This document shows, in pieces, positions 1-8,160 of a stretch of 64,000 nucleotides of DNA. A program made the translations under genes and the position numbers. The notes below the pieces were generated by a model, which was given only the letters and a program-made list of their open reading frames with translations, was not told the origin of the DNA and searched no databases. Source of the DNA: a virus; the IMG/VR virus record IMGVR_UViG_3300046522_000297, positions 50,008-114,007 of that record; one strand, given 5' to 3'. Every line of letters starts with the position of its first letter. Within the stretch, counting starts at the first letter, position 1.

Positions 1-9
1 GTAAGATAA

Positions 10-372
10 ATGTCGTATAAACAGGTCATTGTCCTCCGCAAGGATTTGAACATGCGGAAGGGCAAAATGGTGGCTCAAGGCAGCCATGCAGTAGAAATGG
101 TCATCGACATAGCTCTGGGTAATACAACCTTCAAAACCTACCGAGATAACTGGAAGGCTGAAGGTAGGACCAAGATCTGCGTCAGTGTAGACTCCGAAGC
201 TGAACTCGTTGAAATTTACCGCAAGGCAAGGGACGCAAAGCTTCCATGTTCCATAGTAACGGACGCTGGTAAAACTGAGTTCGGCGGAGTTCCTACTAAA
301 ACAGCAGTCGCTATTGGGCCCGCACCATTGAGCGACGTCGATAAAATCACTAGTCATTTAAAGCTGCTATAA
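10..372 (+). CDS. pth2: peptidyl-tRNA hydrolase, Pth2 (archaeal/eukaryotic-type) family
   Basis: KQVIVLRKDLNMRKGKMVAQGSHA N-terminus and DAGKTEF...TAVAIGP...VDKITSHLKLL C-terminus are the PTH2 signature. Confidence 0.95.
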   Translation: MSYKQVIVLRKDLNMRKGKMVAQGSHAVEMVIDIALGNTTFKTYRDNWKAEGRTKICVSVDSEAELVEIYRKARDAKLPCSIVTDAGKTEFGGVPTKTAVAIGPAPLSDVDKITSHLKLL

Positions 373-791
373 TGTACGGAAAAGATACCCTGACATTGCG
401 AGATCGGTTTGAGATCTTCAAGCAACATAAAGATCAGATCAAGGCAGACTTCGAGGAATTCATCACCTCATCGGCGCACCCCTTGGAGATTCGCTGGCAG
501 ATGTTTAAGGACGCACCGGCTGATCTGAGTAATCACTTAGAATCTATTTACGGTGGGCTGGATGAGATCCTGGTGCCAGGACTTGGCAGTAGGGACATTA
601 ACTGGCCCGATGAGATAATTAACGCAGAGAGACACCAGCGCATTAATCTAATAGGTGAAGTCGAAGAGATTTTCTCCAAACCTAAGGCATACAGGGTCAA
701 ATACCCCACAGCTTATGAAGAAGGTTTCCTAGACAAAATAAAAGAACAGATTTTGAAAGATAACATTAAGTCGTTTATCTACGACTGGTAA
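372..791 (+). CDS. hypothetical protein
   Basis: 139-aa ORF coupled to pth2 (TAATG overlap). Confidence 0.75.
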   Translation: MYGKDTLTLRDRFEIFKQHKDQIKADFEEFITSSAHPLEIRWQMFKDAPADLSNHLESIYGGLDEILVPGLGSRDINWPDEIINAERHQRINLIGEVEEIFSKPKAYRVKYPTAYEEGFLDKIKEQILKDNIKSFIYDW

Positions 792-799
792 AGAAATAC

Positions 800-874
800 G
801 CCCGCTTATCCTTAGTGGTAAAGGTCCGGCTTTGTAACCCGGGTTCAGAAGTTCGATTCTTCTAGTGGGCACCA
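800..874 (+). tRNA. tRNA-Thr(UGU)
   Basis: Acceptor GCCCGCT/AGTGGGC, loop TT-TGT-AA, T-arm AGAAG-TTCGATT-CTTCT, encoded CCA; one mismatch in anticodon stem. Confidence 0.85.
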
Positions 875-891
875 AACACTATAACAATAAA

Positions 892-1110
892 ATGCATATC
901 GAAATTAGAGACAATGGAAGCTTGAGTGCGGACACCGTGCAGATTGCTCTGCCTAACGGTGAGATCTTCACTGCAAGCATGAACGAGCTATGCACTTTCC
1001 GTTTGGAAGAGCTTTTGCCTAAGCTCGGCCATACAATAAAAGTCGTTGATTGGGCTTTTGAGCACGATGTCGCTGAGTTCGATAATATCAAACTAGGACG
1101 GCAACGATGA
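892..1110 (+). CDS. hypothetical protein
   Basis: ORF after tRNA-Thr; start moved to ATG 892 because the track start lies inside the tRNA. Confidence 0.65.
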   Translation: MHIEIRDNGSLSADTVQIALPNGEIFTASMNELCTFRLEELLPKLGHTIKVVDWAFEHDVAEFDNIKLGRQR

Positions 1111-1319
1111 ATGACTTTACATGGCGCCCGATTACTATCGGAGACACTGTAGCAACAGCTAAAACTGGATACAACGATCTTATCCGTGGGAAAGTCGTTG
1201 AGTTTGGTGAGAAGATGATTGTTATAGAAAGAGTAGGGCCTGGGTATCCTCGTAAATTCCGTAGGTACCCGGAACAAGTAATTGTAGTAGAACCTTCTTT
1301 TAACCCAGTAAATACATAA
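1107..1319 (+). CDS. small SH3/KOW-like phage protein (paralog of 1931-2134)
   Basis: ITIGDTVA...GKVV...RRYPEQVIVV pattern shared with 1931-2134. Confidence 0.65.
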   Translation: MNDFTWRPITIGDTVATAKTGYNDLIRGKVVEFGEKMIVIERVGPGYPRKFRRYPEQVIVVEPSFNPVNT

Positions 1320-1325
1320 AATTAA

Positions 1326-1934
1326 ATGGTAGACCTCGCTAAGGTAGCACAGTATGACTTCGTAGTTCTCGTTGATAAATCCGGTTCCATGGCAACTAAA
1401 GACGTTAAGTCAGGTTGGTTTGGATCCAAATCCCGTTGGGAAGCGATCGAGAAAACCGCCATCGTCTTTGCTCAGGACCTGGAGAAGATTGATAAGGATG
1501 GTATTGGTTTGGTTCTATTCGGAGGAGATGTCAAAGCCTATCCGAATAGCAACGCAGATCAGGTAGCAAAGGCGTTCTCCTATAACTCCCCTGGTGGTGG
1601 AACTCCCCTTGCAGAAGCCCTGCAGACCGCGTTGGATCTATTGAAGGATTCCAAGAAGAAGAAATTCATCATGGTATTCACTGATGGCGCGCCTAATAAT
1701 CGCCAGGCTGTGAAAAACCTCATCATCAATCAGGCTAATGGCCAATCCACGGACGACGAGTGTACCATCCTATTCGTACAGGTAGGCAACGACACCGGGG
1801 CTACCAAGTTCCTTACGGAGCTGGATGATGATCTCAAGGGAGCGAAATTCGATATCGTAGACGCCAAGACTGCGGCTGAAGCCGAGAAGTTCTCGTCGAC
1901 TCTGGAGCTGGTTGTCCACGCTATCGGAGATTGA
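1326..1934 (+). CDS. von Willebrand factor A (vWA) domain protein
   Basis: MIDAS motif DKSGSM, GGTPLAEAL, VFTDG. Confidence 0.9.
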   Translation: MVDLAKVAQYDFVVLVDKSGSMATKDVKSGWFGSKSRWEAIEKTAIVFAQDLEKIDKDGIGLVLFGGDVKAYPNSNADQVAKAFSYNSPGGGTPLAEALQTALDLLKDSKKKKFIMVFTDGAPNNRQAVKNLIINQANGQSTDDECTILFVQVGNDTGATKFLTELDDDLKGAKFDIVDAKTAAEAEKFSSTLELVVHAIGD

Positions 1935-2134
1935 GAGTGGCAGAAGTCAAAAGAGACGCAGCAGGGTGTGACATCCGGGTAGGGGACATTGTTCTCTACT
2001 CAAAAAGCGAAGGCACCGATCTTTACAGAGGTAGAATCCTCCGGCTGACCGAGCTCCAGGTTCACATCGATAATGCTGGTCGATGGCCTGCTGTAGTAAA
2101 ACGTTATCCGGGTCAAGTTGTTGTTATAGGGTAA
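1931..2134 (+). CDS. small SH3/KOW-like phage protein (paralog of 1107-1319)
   Basis: DIRVGDIVL...GRI...KRYPGQVVVI. Confidence 0.6.
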   Translation: MRVAEVKRDAAGCDIRVGDIVLYSKSEGTDLYRGRILRLTELQVHIDNAGRWPAVVKRYPGQVVVIG

Positions 2135-2141
2135 CAGTGTA

Positions 2142-2603
2142 TTGGTTAAAAGAACAAAAATATCGGACGAAGATATAGCCGAAGCAGTAAAACACTCCCG
2201 GAGCTATTTTCAAGTACTAGACCGCTTAGGGAGAAAACGAGCCGGGGGTTCCCATTCTCATATAAAACTAAGAATAGAGCGGGCTGGTATAGATACCTCC
2301 CATTTTACCGGGCAGGGATGGAATAAAGGTGGTCATTCCAGGAACCGGAAAAGTATTGAGGAAATACTTGTTTTAAGAGAGAGTGGGGTCAGATCTAAGC
2401 CCCATCAATTAACTAGAGCACTTATATCTCTTGGTATAAAACATGAGTGCCAGAAATGTGGTCAGGGTCCTGAGTGGATGGGTAACCCTCTTACTCTAGA
2501 CGTAGATCACATAAACCAAAATTGGCTGGATGATAGGGCTGAAAATTTAAGGTTTTTATGTCCAAATTGTCATAGCCAATTTTCTAGAAACCTGATACAA
2601 TAA
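2142..2603 (+). CDS. HNH endonuclease
   Basis: CQKCG...LDVDHINQNWLDDRAENLRFLCPNCHSQ; lies immediately upstream of tRNA-Leu. Confidence 0.9.
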   Translation: MVKRTKISDEDIAEAVKHSRSYFQVLDRLGRKRAGGSHSHIKLRIERAGIDTSHFTGQGWNKGGHSRNRKSIEEILVLRESGVRSKPHQLTRALISLGIKHECQKCGQGPEWMGNPLTLDVDHINQNWLDDRAENLRFLCPNCHSQFSRNLIQ

Positions 2604-2612
2604 CATTTCAAT

Positions 2613-2695
2613 GGGGATGTGGCTAATGGAAATTGGTACACCTAACACTCTTAGAAAGTGTGCTTTTACGAGTTCGAGTCTCGTCGTCCCTACCA
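2613..2695 (+). tRNA. tRNA-Leu(UAG), atypical D-arm and short variable region
   Basis: Acceptor GGGGATG/CGTCCCT, anticodon arm ACACT-CTTAGAA-AGTGT, T-arm ACGAG-TTCGAGT-CTCGT, ACCA end. Confidence 0.8.
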
Positions 2696-2715
2696 ACAAA
2701 ACAGAGTAAAACAAA

Positions 2716-2916
2716 ATGACAACCAAAGTTACTATTAGTCTTGACACACCGAATCACCAGGATGCACTGGTTGAGCAAGTAAACCCTGCTGATGGTAAGG
2801 TATGGCACGGAGCTAGACGTCTCAAAGCAGGCGAATCTGCTGAGTTCTATGTCCACTCCAGTGTGTCTCTCCGCATCACTGAGATTCCTTCAATCACGGA
2901 ACCTCAATCCAACTAA
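2716..2916 (+). CDS. hypothetical protein
   Basis: 66-aa ORF between two tRNAs. Confidence 0.6.
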   Translation: MTTKVTISLDTPNHQDALVEQVNPADGKVWHGARRLKAGESAEFYVHSSVSLRITEIPSITEPQSN

Positions 2917-2929
2917 TCCCCTCAACAAT

Positions 2930-3004
2930 ATCGCTATCGTCTAATGGTTAGGACTACAGGTTTTCAACCTGTCAATCGGAGTTCAATTCTCCGTAGCGAT
3001 GCCA
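2930..3004 (+). tRNA. tRNA-Glu(UUC)
   Basis: Acceptor ATCGCTA/TAGCGAT, ACAGG-TTTTCAA-CCTGT, GCCA end. Confidence 0.9.
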
Positions 3005-3020
3005 AAACATAGGAGTCCCT

Positions 3021-3434
3021 ATGCTTTTCGTAGAAGTAAATCCTCGTAAGTACAAAGCAGTTCAATTCAATAAATTTGGTGATGTGACAGGCGTATATCG
3101 TGGTTACATCGAAACCAAGGGTAGCACGGTGCAGTATTTCGTCTCGGACGTATGTCCTCGTAGAATGGACTGCAGATTCGCTTACCTGACGCGAACTCAA
3201 GACGGGTTTCAGGAAGTTAAAGAAGGTGATTGGATTCTTACCAATACTAAAAACGGTAAGATTAAGATCCTCCCTAACAAGAAATTCCTGAAAGACTACG
3301 TCGGTTACCATGAGCCTGCACAGTCACCTGAGCCGGTCAGTCAAGTAGTAACCCTACCTCATCGCATCAGCGTAGCTCAACAGGCTGCGTGTATCAAACA
3401 ATACGAGACCGAAAATGCGGCACCGCCGTTATAA
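3021..3434 (+). CDS. hypothetical phage protein (AVQF...VKEGDWI family)
   Basis: RBS AGGAG; motif common in phage accessory proteins. Confidence 0.7.
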   Translation: MLFVEVNPRKYKAVQFNKFGDVTGVYRGYIETKGSTVQYFVSDVCPRRMDCRFAYLTRTQDGFQEVKEGDWILTNTKNGKIKILPNKKFLKDYVGYHEPAQSPEPVSQVVTLPHRISVAQQAACIKQYETENAAPPL

Positions 3435-3633
3435 AGACACTTTGGTTGCACCTAGCTCACTCCTTGGCCAGCTTATGGCTAATAAAGCCGGAGCATCTGC
3501 AATCGAGAAACATTATGACGAAACCACTAAAGCCTGCAAGAAACTGTATGGCGAAGAGAACTATAAGTGGTTCGTTGAAATGCATAGAACCTTTCCTCCT
3601 GAAAACCGTAAACCTGTAGAAAGTACCCAATGA
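3415..3633 (+). CDS. hypothetical protein
   Basis: Overlapping operonic ORF. Confidence 0.6.
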   Translation: MRHRRYKDTLVAPSSLLGQLMANKAGASAIEKHYDETTKACKKLYGEENYKWFVEMHRTFPPENRKPVESTQ

Positions 3634-4025
3634 TCAATATGCACCGTCACTCCGTCAATGTCTCCCGTAAAGAACTCCTTACCAAACTGAAGGAGAACCT
3701 GGCAATCCATCAGAAAGATTACCGCGAAGCCTGTATCGGTTATAAAACCATTTTGGAACATGCCCTTGTGGAGTTTCTTACCAAGTGTAAGAGCCTTAAC
3801 GAAGATGGTGTTTTGAAGCTGCAAATCCCTAACCCTTCCAAGCCCGTCAGCCACGAAAAGGAATATCGAGAAATTATCGACATGATGGAAGTGTCAGTCG
3901 ACGACGTCATCAATCTTGACGCAGAAAGCTTCAAAGCGTATTTCAAGAACGAGTGGTCCTGGTCCAGTGGCTTTAACGCTACTGCAACCATGTACAAGTC
4001 TGCTCTCGGCGGCGCTGTCAACTAA
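3630..4025 (+). CDS. hypothetical phage protein
   Basis: 131-aa helical ORF coupled by ATGA overlap. Confidence 0.75.
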   Translation: MINMHRHSVNVSRKELLTKLKENLAIHQKDYREACIGYKTILEHALVEFLTKCKSLNEDGVLKLQIPNPSKPVSHEKEYREIIDMMEVSVDDVINLDAESFKAYFKNEWSWSSGFNATATMYKSALGGAVN

Positions 4026-4046
4026 ACCTCATCAATTTGGTATAAG
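4018..4046 (+). promoter_or_regulatory. phage promoter motif (TCAA-N~15-TGGTATAAG), first of ~14 copies
   Basis: TGGTATAA(G/T) starts at 4038, 5337, 6504, 6984, 7648, 12239, 16613, 17546, 23724, 25792, 26136, 28553, 28896, 32631, all intergenic and co-oriented with the downstream gene. Confidence 0.75.
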
Positions 4047-4095
4047 AGAAGTGCAGAGAAATCCTCTGCATTTCTTTATGCAAAGGACGACTCAA

Positions 4096-4308
4096 ATGAA
4101 AAAAGCAATCGTAGCACTTCTGATCAGTATGTTGATGATCGCACCGGTCAACGCCATGGTGTGGCTCCATCCCAGCGGCGTTTGGGTTAGTGACACTTGT
4201 GTGACCCCGACTGGTCAATGGTTCACCTTTATTAACACCTTTGGGCCTGTCGGTGCAAACTGCTGGTTCAATATCAATGGTGTAACTTTTTATGGCAAAT
4301 TTTCATAA
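4096..4308 (+). CDS. small secreted protein
   Basis: RBS AAGGA, signal peptide MKKAIVALLISMLMIAPVNA, two Cys. Confidence 0.7.
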   Translation: MKKAIVALLISMLMIAPVNAMVWLHPSGVWVSDTCVTPTGQWFTFINTFGPVGANCWFNINGVTFYGKFS

Positions 4309-4319
4309 GGACTGATATA

Positions 4320-4466
4320 ATGGGATTATTCCTCTGGTGCTTAGCGATCATCTTCGCAGTATGGGTTCTATGGATGATTATTAAACCTCGTCGTCCCAGT
4401 CATTCCTCAGACGGGGCTGAAGTTATCGCAGCCATTATTAGTGTCGTCGCTGACATAGTCGATTAA
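4320..4466 (+). CDS. small membrane protein (48 aa, below ORF-track cutoff)
   Basis: RBS AAGGA, hydrophobic N-terminal helix MGLFLWCLAIIFAVWVLWMII. Confidence 0.55.
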   Translation: MGLFLWCLAIIFAVWVLWMIIKPRRPSHSSDGAEVIAAIISVVADIVD

Positions 4467-4477
4467 CAGGAGTTATA

Positions 4478-4666
4478 ATGAGTATCTCTGTCGTTGTAGT
4501 ATTGGTAGCAATCGTAGTTTTGGCGTGGGTCATTTACAAAAATGCATATCGTTCCAAGTTACCGTTCGCAACGCCTAAGGTGACTCTTGAAACTCCACGC
4601 AATAACGACGCTGTAAATTATTACGTTCCCCCGGATATGGCCTATTGGCATAAACCCGGGAAGTAA
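4478..4666 (+). CDS. small membrane protein
   Basis: RBS AGGAG, N-terminal TM helix. Confidence 0.65.
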   Translation: MSISVVVVLVAIVVLAWVIYKNAYRSKLPFATPKVTLETPRNNDAVNYYVPPDMAYWHKPGK

Positions 4667-4675
4667 TGCATCAAG

Positions 4676-4753
4676 GGCGGTTTAGCCAAGTTGGTCTAAG
4701 GCATCTGATTTTGATTCAGACATTCCTAGGTTCGAATCCTGGAACCGCTTCCA
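4676..4753 (+). tRNA. tRNA-Gln(UUG)
   Basis: GGCGGTT/AACCGCT, TCTGA-TTTTGAT-TCAGA, TCCA end. Confidence 0.9.
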
Positions 4754-4757
4754 CAAA

Positions 4758-4833
4758 GGGTCTGTAGTTGTAATAGGCAAAACCCTGGGCTCCAAACCCA
4801 GAGACGACGGTTCGAATCCGTACGGGCCCGCCA
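4758..4833 (+). tRNA. tRNA-Trp(CCA)
   Basis: GGGTCTG/CGGGCCC, CTGGG-CTCCAAA-CCCAG, GCCA end; D-stem has U11-A24. Confidence 0.9.
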
Positions 4834-4871
4834 TTCCACCCCTCCCTCAACGTTCAATTAAGGAACATAAA

Positions 4872-5228
4872 ATGGAAGCTAAAACCTTCTCCCGTGATTC
4901 ATTCGTCTATCGTTTCCTGGCATGGCCTACCGGTAACCTGTGGTTTTCCGTGCCATACGATATCTGCCAGCTCCGCCGGGACGTTATCTTGAAGATTTTT
5001 CTGCTGCTCACCATCGTTTCGGCGACGTTCGGGTACGCTTACAGCGTCACATCTTACGTGCTGTACGAGATGAGTCAACTGTTCGGCGGCGTCTTCGGCA
5101 CCCGTGGATTAACAGAGATCGTAAAATTCGGGGGTGCCCTCACCTACATCACCTTGCTGTTTGCAGCTTTGGCAGGGATTTTCTGGGCTCTCGATAAGGC
5201 TCAGAAGTACTTCAGCCGCCGTAAATGA
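4872..5228 (+). CDS. membrane protein; reading frame stays open past the TGA to TAA at 5324
   Basis: Two TM helices; 31 further in-frame sense codons after TGA 5226-5228. Confidence 0.7.
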   Translation: MEAKTFSRDSFVYRFLAWPTGNLWFSVPYDICQLRRDVILKIFLLLTIVSATFGYAYSVTSYVLYEMSQLFGGVFGTRGLTEIVKFGGALTYITLLFAALAGIFWALDKAQKYFSRRK

Positions 5229-5411
5229 GAACGTGATGGTCTTCCCCCGAAACCCAACGGCCCGGTCAAGGAAATGTACCTGAGCTGGAAGAACAAACTC
5301 TGCTATCGAATTGACTTTCAATAATTAGCGGATCTCTGGTATAATAACAGTGTGAGGAACTTTAATGTTCCTTGCACTGTTCAAATATAAACCTCAAATT
5401 TTAGGATTAAC

Positions 5412-6074
5412 ATGGCGAAAGTAAAAAAATCAATCACCCGTCTGTTGGCAGAACGTAAAGCCCTGGAAGATCGTATCAACAAGGCTACTTCGGTGCCCTT
5501 CATCGGTACCATGAAAGGTACCCGCACTCCGACTGTGGTTGGCTACACCGGCCATGGCGTTGAGCAAATCTCCAATCTTTTCAAGGGAAACCTGGACAAA
5601 GTGCGGGGTCTGATCAGTTATCACAACCGTATCACTGCGGCTCTGGTGGAATCGAACGCTACCACCAAGGTCAAGATTGGTGAAGAAGAGCTGACCGTCG
5701 CTGCAGCTATCGAGCGCAAGAAGTCGATTCAATTCGACAAGCGCCTCCTGGCTACACTGATCAATCAGTCTTCGCAAGTTCAAGGTCAACTCGATCTGGC
5801 AAACCGTCAGGTTGAAGAAATGATCGAACGCCAGCTGATCAACATCTATGGTTCTGGTGACAAGGCAAAGCTGACTGCGGACCAACGCAAAGAAACCGAA
5901 GATGCGATCCGCGCCCAGCATCAACAGGCCCCGATCGATCCGAACAAGATCGCTGACCTGGCTCGTGCTGAAATGGAGCGCATCAGTAAGTTCGAAACCG
6001 AAATCGACTTTGTCCTGTCGGAAAGTAACGCCAAGACGGAAATCGAGCTCGACGACGAGACTCCCGTAGCCTAA
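5412..6074 (+). CDS. helical/coiled-coil protein resembling the DIP1984/DUF6847-like group
   Basis: SITRLLAERKALEDRI...SNATTKVKIG..LTVAAAIERK...IDP...FETEIDFVLSESNAKT pattern; host-like codon bias; own promoter at 5337. Family label is from recall. Confidence 0.65.
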   Translation: MAKVKKSITRLLAERKALEDRINKATSVPFIGTMKGTRTPTVVGYTGHGVEQISNLFKGNLDKVRGLISYHNRITAALVESNATTKVKIGEEELTVAAAIERKKSIQFDKRLLATLINQSSQVQGQLDLANRQVEEMIERQLINIYGSGDKAKLTADQRKETEDAIRAQHQQAPIDPNKIADLARAEMERISKFETEIDFVLSESNAKTEIELDDETPVA

Positions 6075-6081
6075 AGACTTC

Positions 6082-6448
6082 TGCCACACCACATTAGTTG
6101 AACCATAACCTGACGAACAGGTGATCATCCGGTTCAGGGCCGAGAACTAAAAACGGCCAACCTAAGCCCCCTAAGAAGGGCTGCCTAAAGATAATGGAGC
6201 TCTTCACTGAGCAATCGACTTCTAATCGATCCGTATATAATGCATATACTTTAAATTAAAGTCAACGTTCATTACCTCAAAGGTCAAAGGTTAAAGCTCA
6301 AACTTCAAGCTATCATAAGTTTAAAGTTAAAAGCTCAAGTATTACAACGCTCTTTCAAACCCATGGTTAACGTTTATGAGGGTTCAGGAATAGCCTCTAC
6401 TTGTACGCATGGCTGTCAGCGTTGTGGTTCAACTAATGTGGTGTGGCA
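6082..6448 (+). ncRNA. candidate structured ncRNA with heptamer-repeat tract and embedded tRNA-like arms
   Basis: 28-bp terminal stem (one G.U) plus 5 bp, internal hairpins, 13 AAAGNTY-like units, followed by an intrinsic terminator. Confidence 0.75.
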
Positions 6449-6450
6449 CA

Positions 6451-6480
6451 GATCCCTAGTTTCGACTGGGGATTTTTTTT
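6451..6480 (+). terminator. intrinsic terminator
   Basis: ATCCCTAGT-TTCG-ACTGGGGAT plus T-run. Confidence 0.85.
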
Positions 6481-6517
6481 AGCTCAATTAAGCTCATCCG
6501 TTTTGGTATAAGATTAG

Positions 6518-6590
6518 TGTCATGTAACTCAGCGGTAGAGTGCTAGAACCTTTCTAGAAGTCGCCAGTTCGATTCTGGTCACGGCCTCCC
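6518..6590 (+). pseudogene. degenerate tRNA-like element (5-nt anticodon loop, no CCA)
   Basis: Intact D-arm ACTC-AGCGGTA-GAGT and T-arm GCCAG-TTCGATT-CTGGT; anticodon arm CTAGA-ACCTT-TCTAG; mismatched acceptor. Confidence 0.65.
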
Positions 6591-6623
6591 CGAAAGGGGA
6601 GTTTATTTAGTCAAACAGGAGAT

Positions 6624-6929
6624 ATGTCAGTGCCTATTTCATTTCAAGAAATTCAAAATAACATTGATCAAAGCATCGTGTCTAGAGTGATCCGAACCAT
6701 TGACGGTAAGTTGTCGGATCCCACTTACGCAAGGGAATGGATGTGTAATTCGGATACTAACCCAACTTATCGATTTGCAATCCCCGGCTCGGTGACCGAC
6801 TACGAAAAGAAGGCTATTATTAACACGTATATGAACGTGGGATGGGGCACCGTGGAGGTTAAAAACTCCTCTGAAAACGGTGAGCGTCCCGGTATGGTCG
6901 GTGTTGTATTGAAACAGCACGCTGAATAA
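6624..6929 (+). CDS. hypothetical protein
   Basis: RBS AGGAG, followed by terminator 6936-6961. Confidence 0.75.
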   Translation: MSVPISFQEIQNNIDQSIVSRVIRTIDGKLSDPTYAREWMCNSDTNPTYRFAIPGSVTDYEKKAIINTYMNVGWGTVEVKNSSENGERPGMVGVVLKQHAE

Positions 6930-7054
6930 GTTCTTCCCGGTCTAAGGCCGGGCTTTTTTTTAGCTCAATATATTTGTGTTATTTGGTATAAGCTAAATGT
7001 AACAAAGTATCGTTACCTTTTTTTTGGCCAACCGAGCTTATATGGAGACATTAA

Positions 7055-7630
7055 ATGTCTGCAGTAACCAAACGTAATATCAGTGCATTGAAGGGCATGA
7101 AGCAGTTCGCTGTTCGTAGCCTGGAGCAACGCCAGCTCCGTCACCCCGACCACCGCTTCCTCTCGGTGGACGCCAAGCCTTTCCCCTGTCCTGTCAACGC
7201 AGTTATCAAAGCTGCTTCGGATATCGATTTCCGAGCGACCAAACCCAAGGATCTCCCCGAGGGTATGAACGCTCCTCGCAAGCGTGCAACTCCGGCAACG
7301 TACACTCCTCGTACTAACCTCGGCAAGTCCAAGTGGGATTTCCAGTATATGGAATCGGGTAACAGCATTGCCATCCCGGTCCAGGTATCGGAAAGCAATG
7401 ATTTCCAGTTCCGCCGTGAAGTGGCTCGTATCAAGGGTTGCGGTCGCGGAGTTCTCCGCTACCAAAAGAACCGTGGTTACGTCGACCCCGGTTTCCTGAT
7501 TCAGACTTCTGTCGAAGACATCGTCATCAAGACTTTACCTAACGGAGATCCAGTCACGAAACCCCATGTTGTCTTCTGGCGTATCGACGGCACTCCGATC
7601 GACCCTGCGTATCTCGCAGGTTCAATTTAA
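7055..7630 (+). CDS. hypothetical basic protein
   Basis: RBS GGAG, behind promoter motif at 6984. Confidence 0.75.
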   Translation: MSAVTKRNISALKGMKQFAVRSLEQRQLRHPDHRFLSVDAKPFPCPVNAVIKAASDIDFRATKPKDLPEGMNAPRKRATPATYTPRTNLGKSKWDFQYMESGNSIAIPVQVSESNDFQFRREVARIKGCGRGVLRYQKNRGYVDPGFLIQTSVEDIVIKTLPNGDPVTKPHVVFWRIDGTPIDPAYLAGSI

Positions 7631-7711
7631 ATAACCGCATATCTTTTTGGTATAAGGAAAGTAGAGAAGAGCATATCTTCTCTTTTTGCGCTTAACTAGC
7701 CATCTCCTTTT

Positions 7712-8062
7712 ATGGAAATCCCAACCAAGATCCTCGAAGCTTTGGGTTTCTCAAAGCCTAGAGAGGTTCTGAAGATTCACACTGATACTATCAATACTTC
7801 CCAGGTCAACATGATCGAGGAGTATTGCCCACCCGGTTGTGATCCTAAGAGAACCAAGCTGGCAATCAGCAAACGCGGTCGTAAGGACAGAGGTAACTTT
7901 GTTCAAGTCTACTACCGTGCAGGTAACAAACTCGCCCCTCAGCCAACGGCCGAGGACAAATCGAATCAATTCTGGAGAGAACTTAATGAGCTCGTCGAAC
8001 GAAACCAAAGCCGTGGTGAACGTCCACGCAGTCAAGAAAACCGAAACGGAAGCCGCCGCTGA
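7712..8062 (+). CDS. hypothetical protein
   Basis: Behind promoter motif at 7648. Confidence 0.6.
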   Translation: MEIPTKILEALGFSKPREVLKIHTDTINTSQVNMIEEYCPPGCDPKRTKLAISKRGRKDRGNFVQVYYRAGNKLAPQPTAEDKSNQFWRELNELVERNQSRGERPRSQENRNGSRR

Positions 8063-8147
8063 CAAAGCGTACTACGCTGCCAAGCGCGTCCGTAAGGGCA
8101 AAACCGCCAAGAAGCGCGCCGGCAGTGGCCGTGGTCACGCAGCATAA
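7986..8147 (+). CDS. small basic protein ending in Ala-Ala
   Basis: RBS GGAG before ATG 7986; host-like codons. Confidence 0.55.
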   Translation: MSSSNETKAVVNVHAVKKTETEAAADKAYYAAKRVRKGKTAKKRAGSGRGHAA

Positions 8148-8160
8148 CTAAGGAAATACA

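Noticed and set aside
6258-6352. CRISPR/mini-array or coding microsatellite
   Set aside because: Units are ~7 nt and contiguous with no spacers; no ORF on the + strand.
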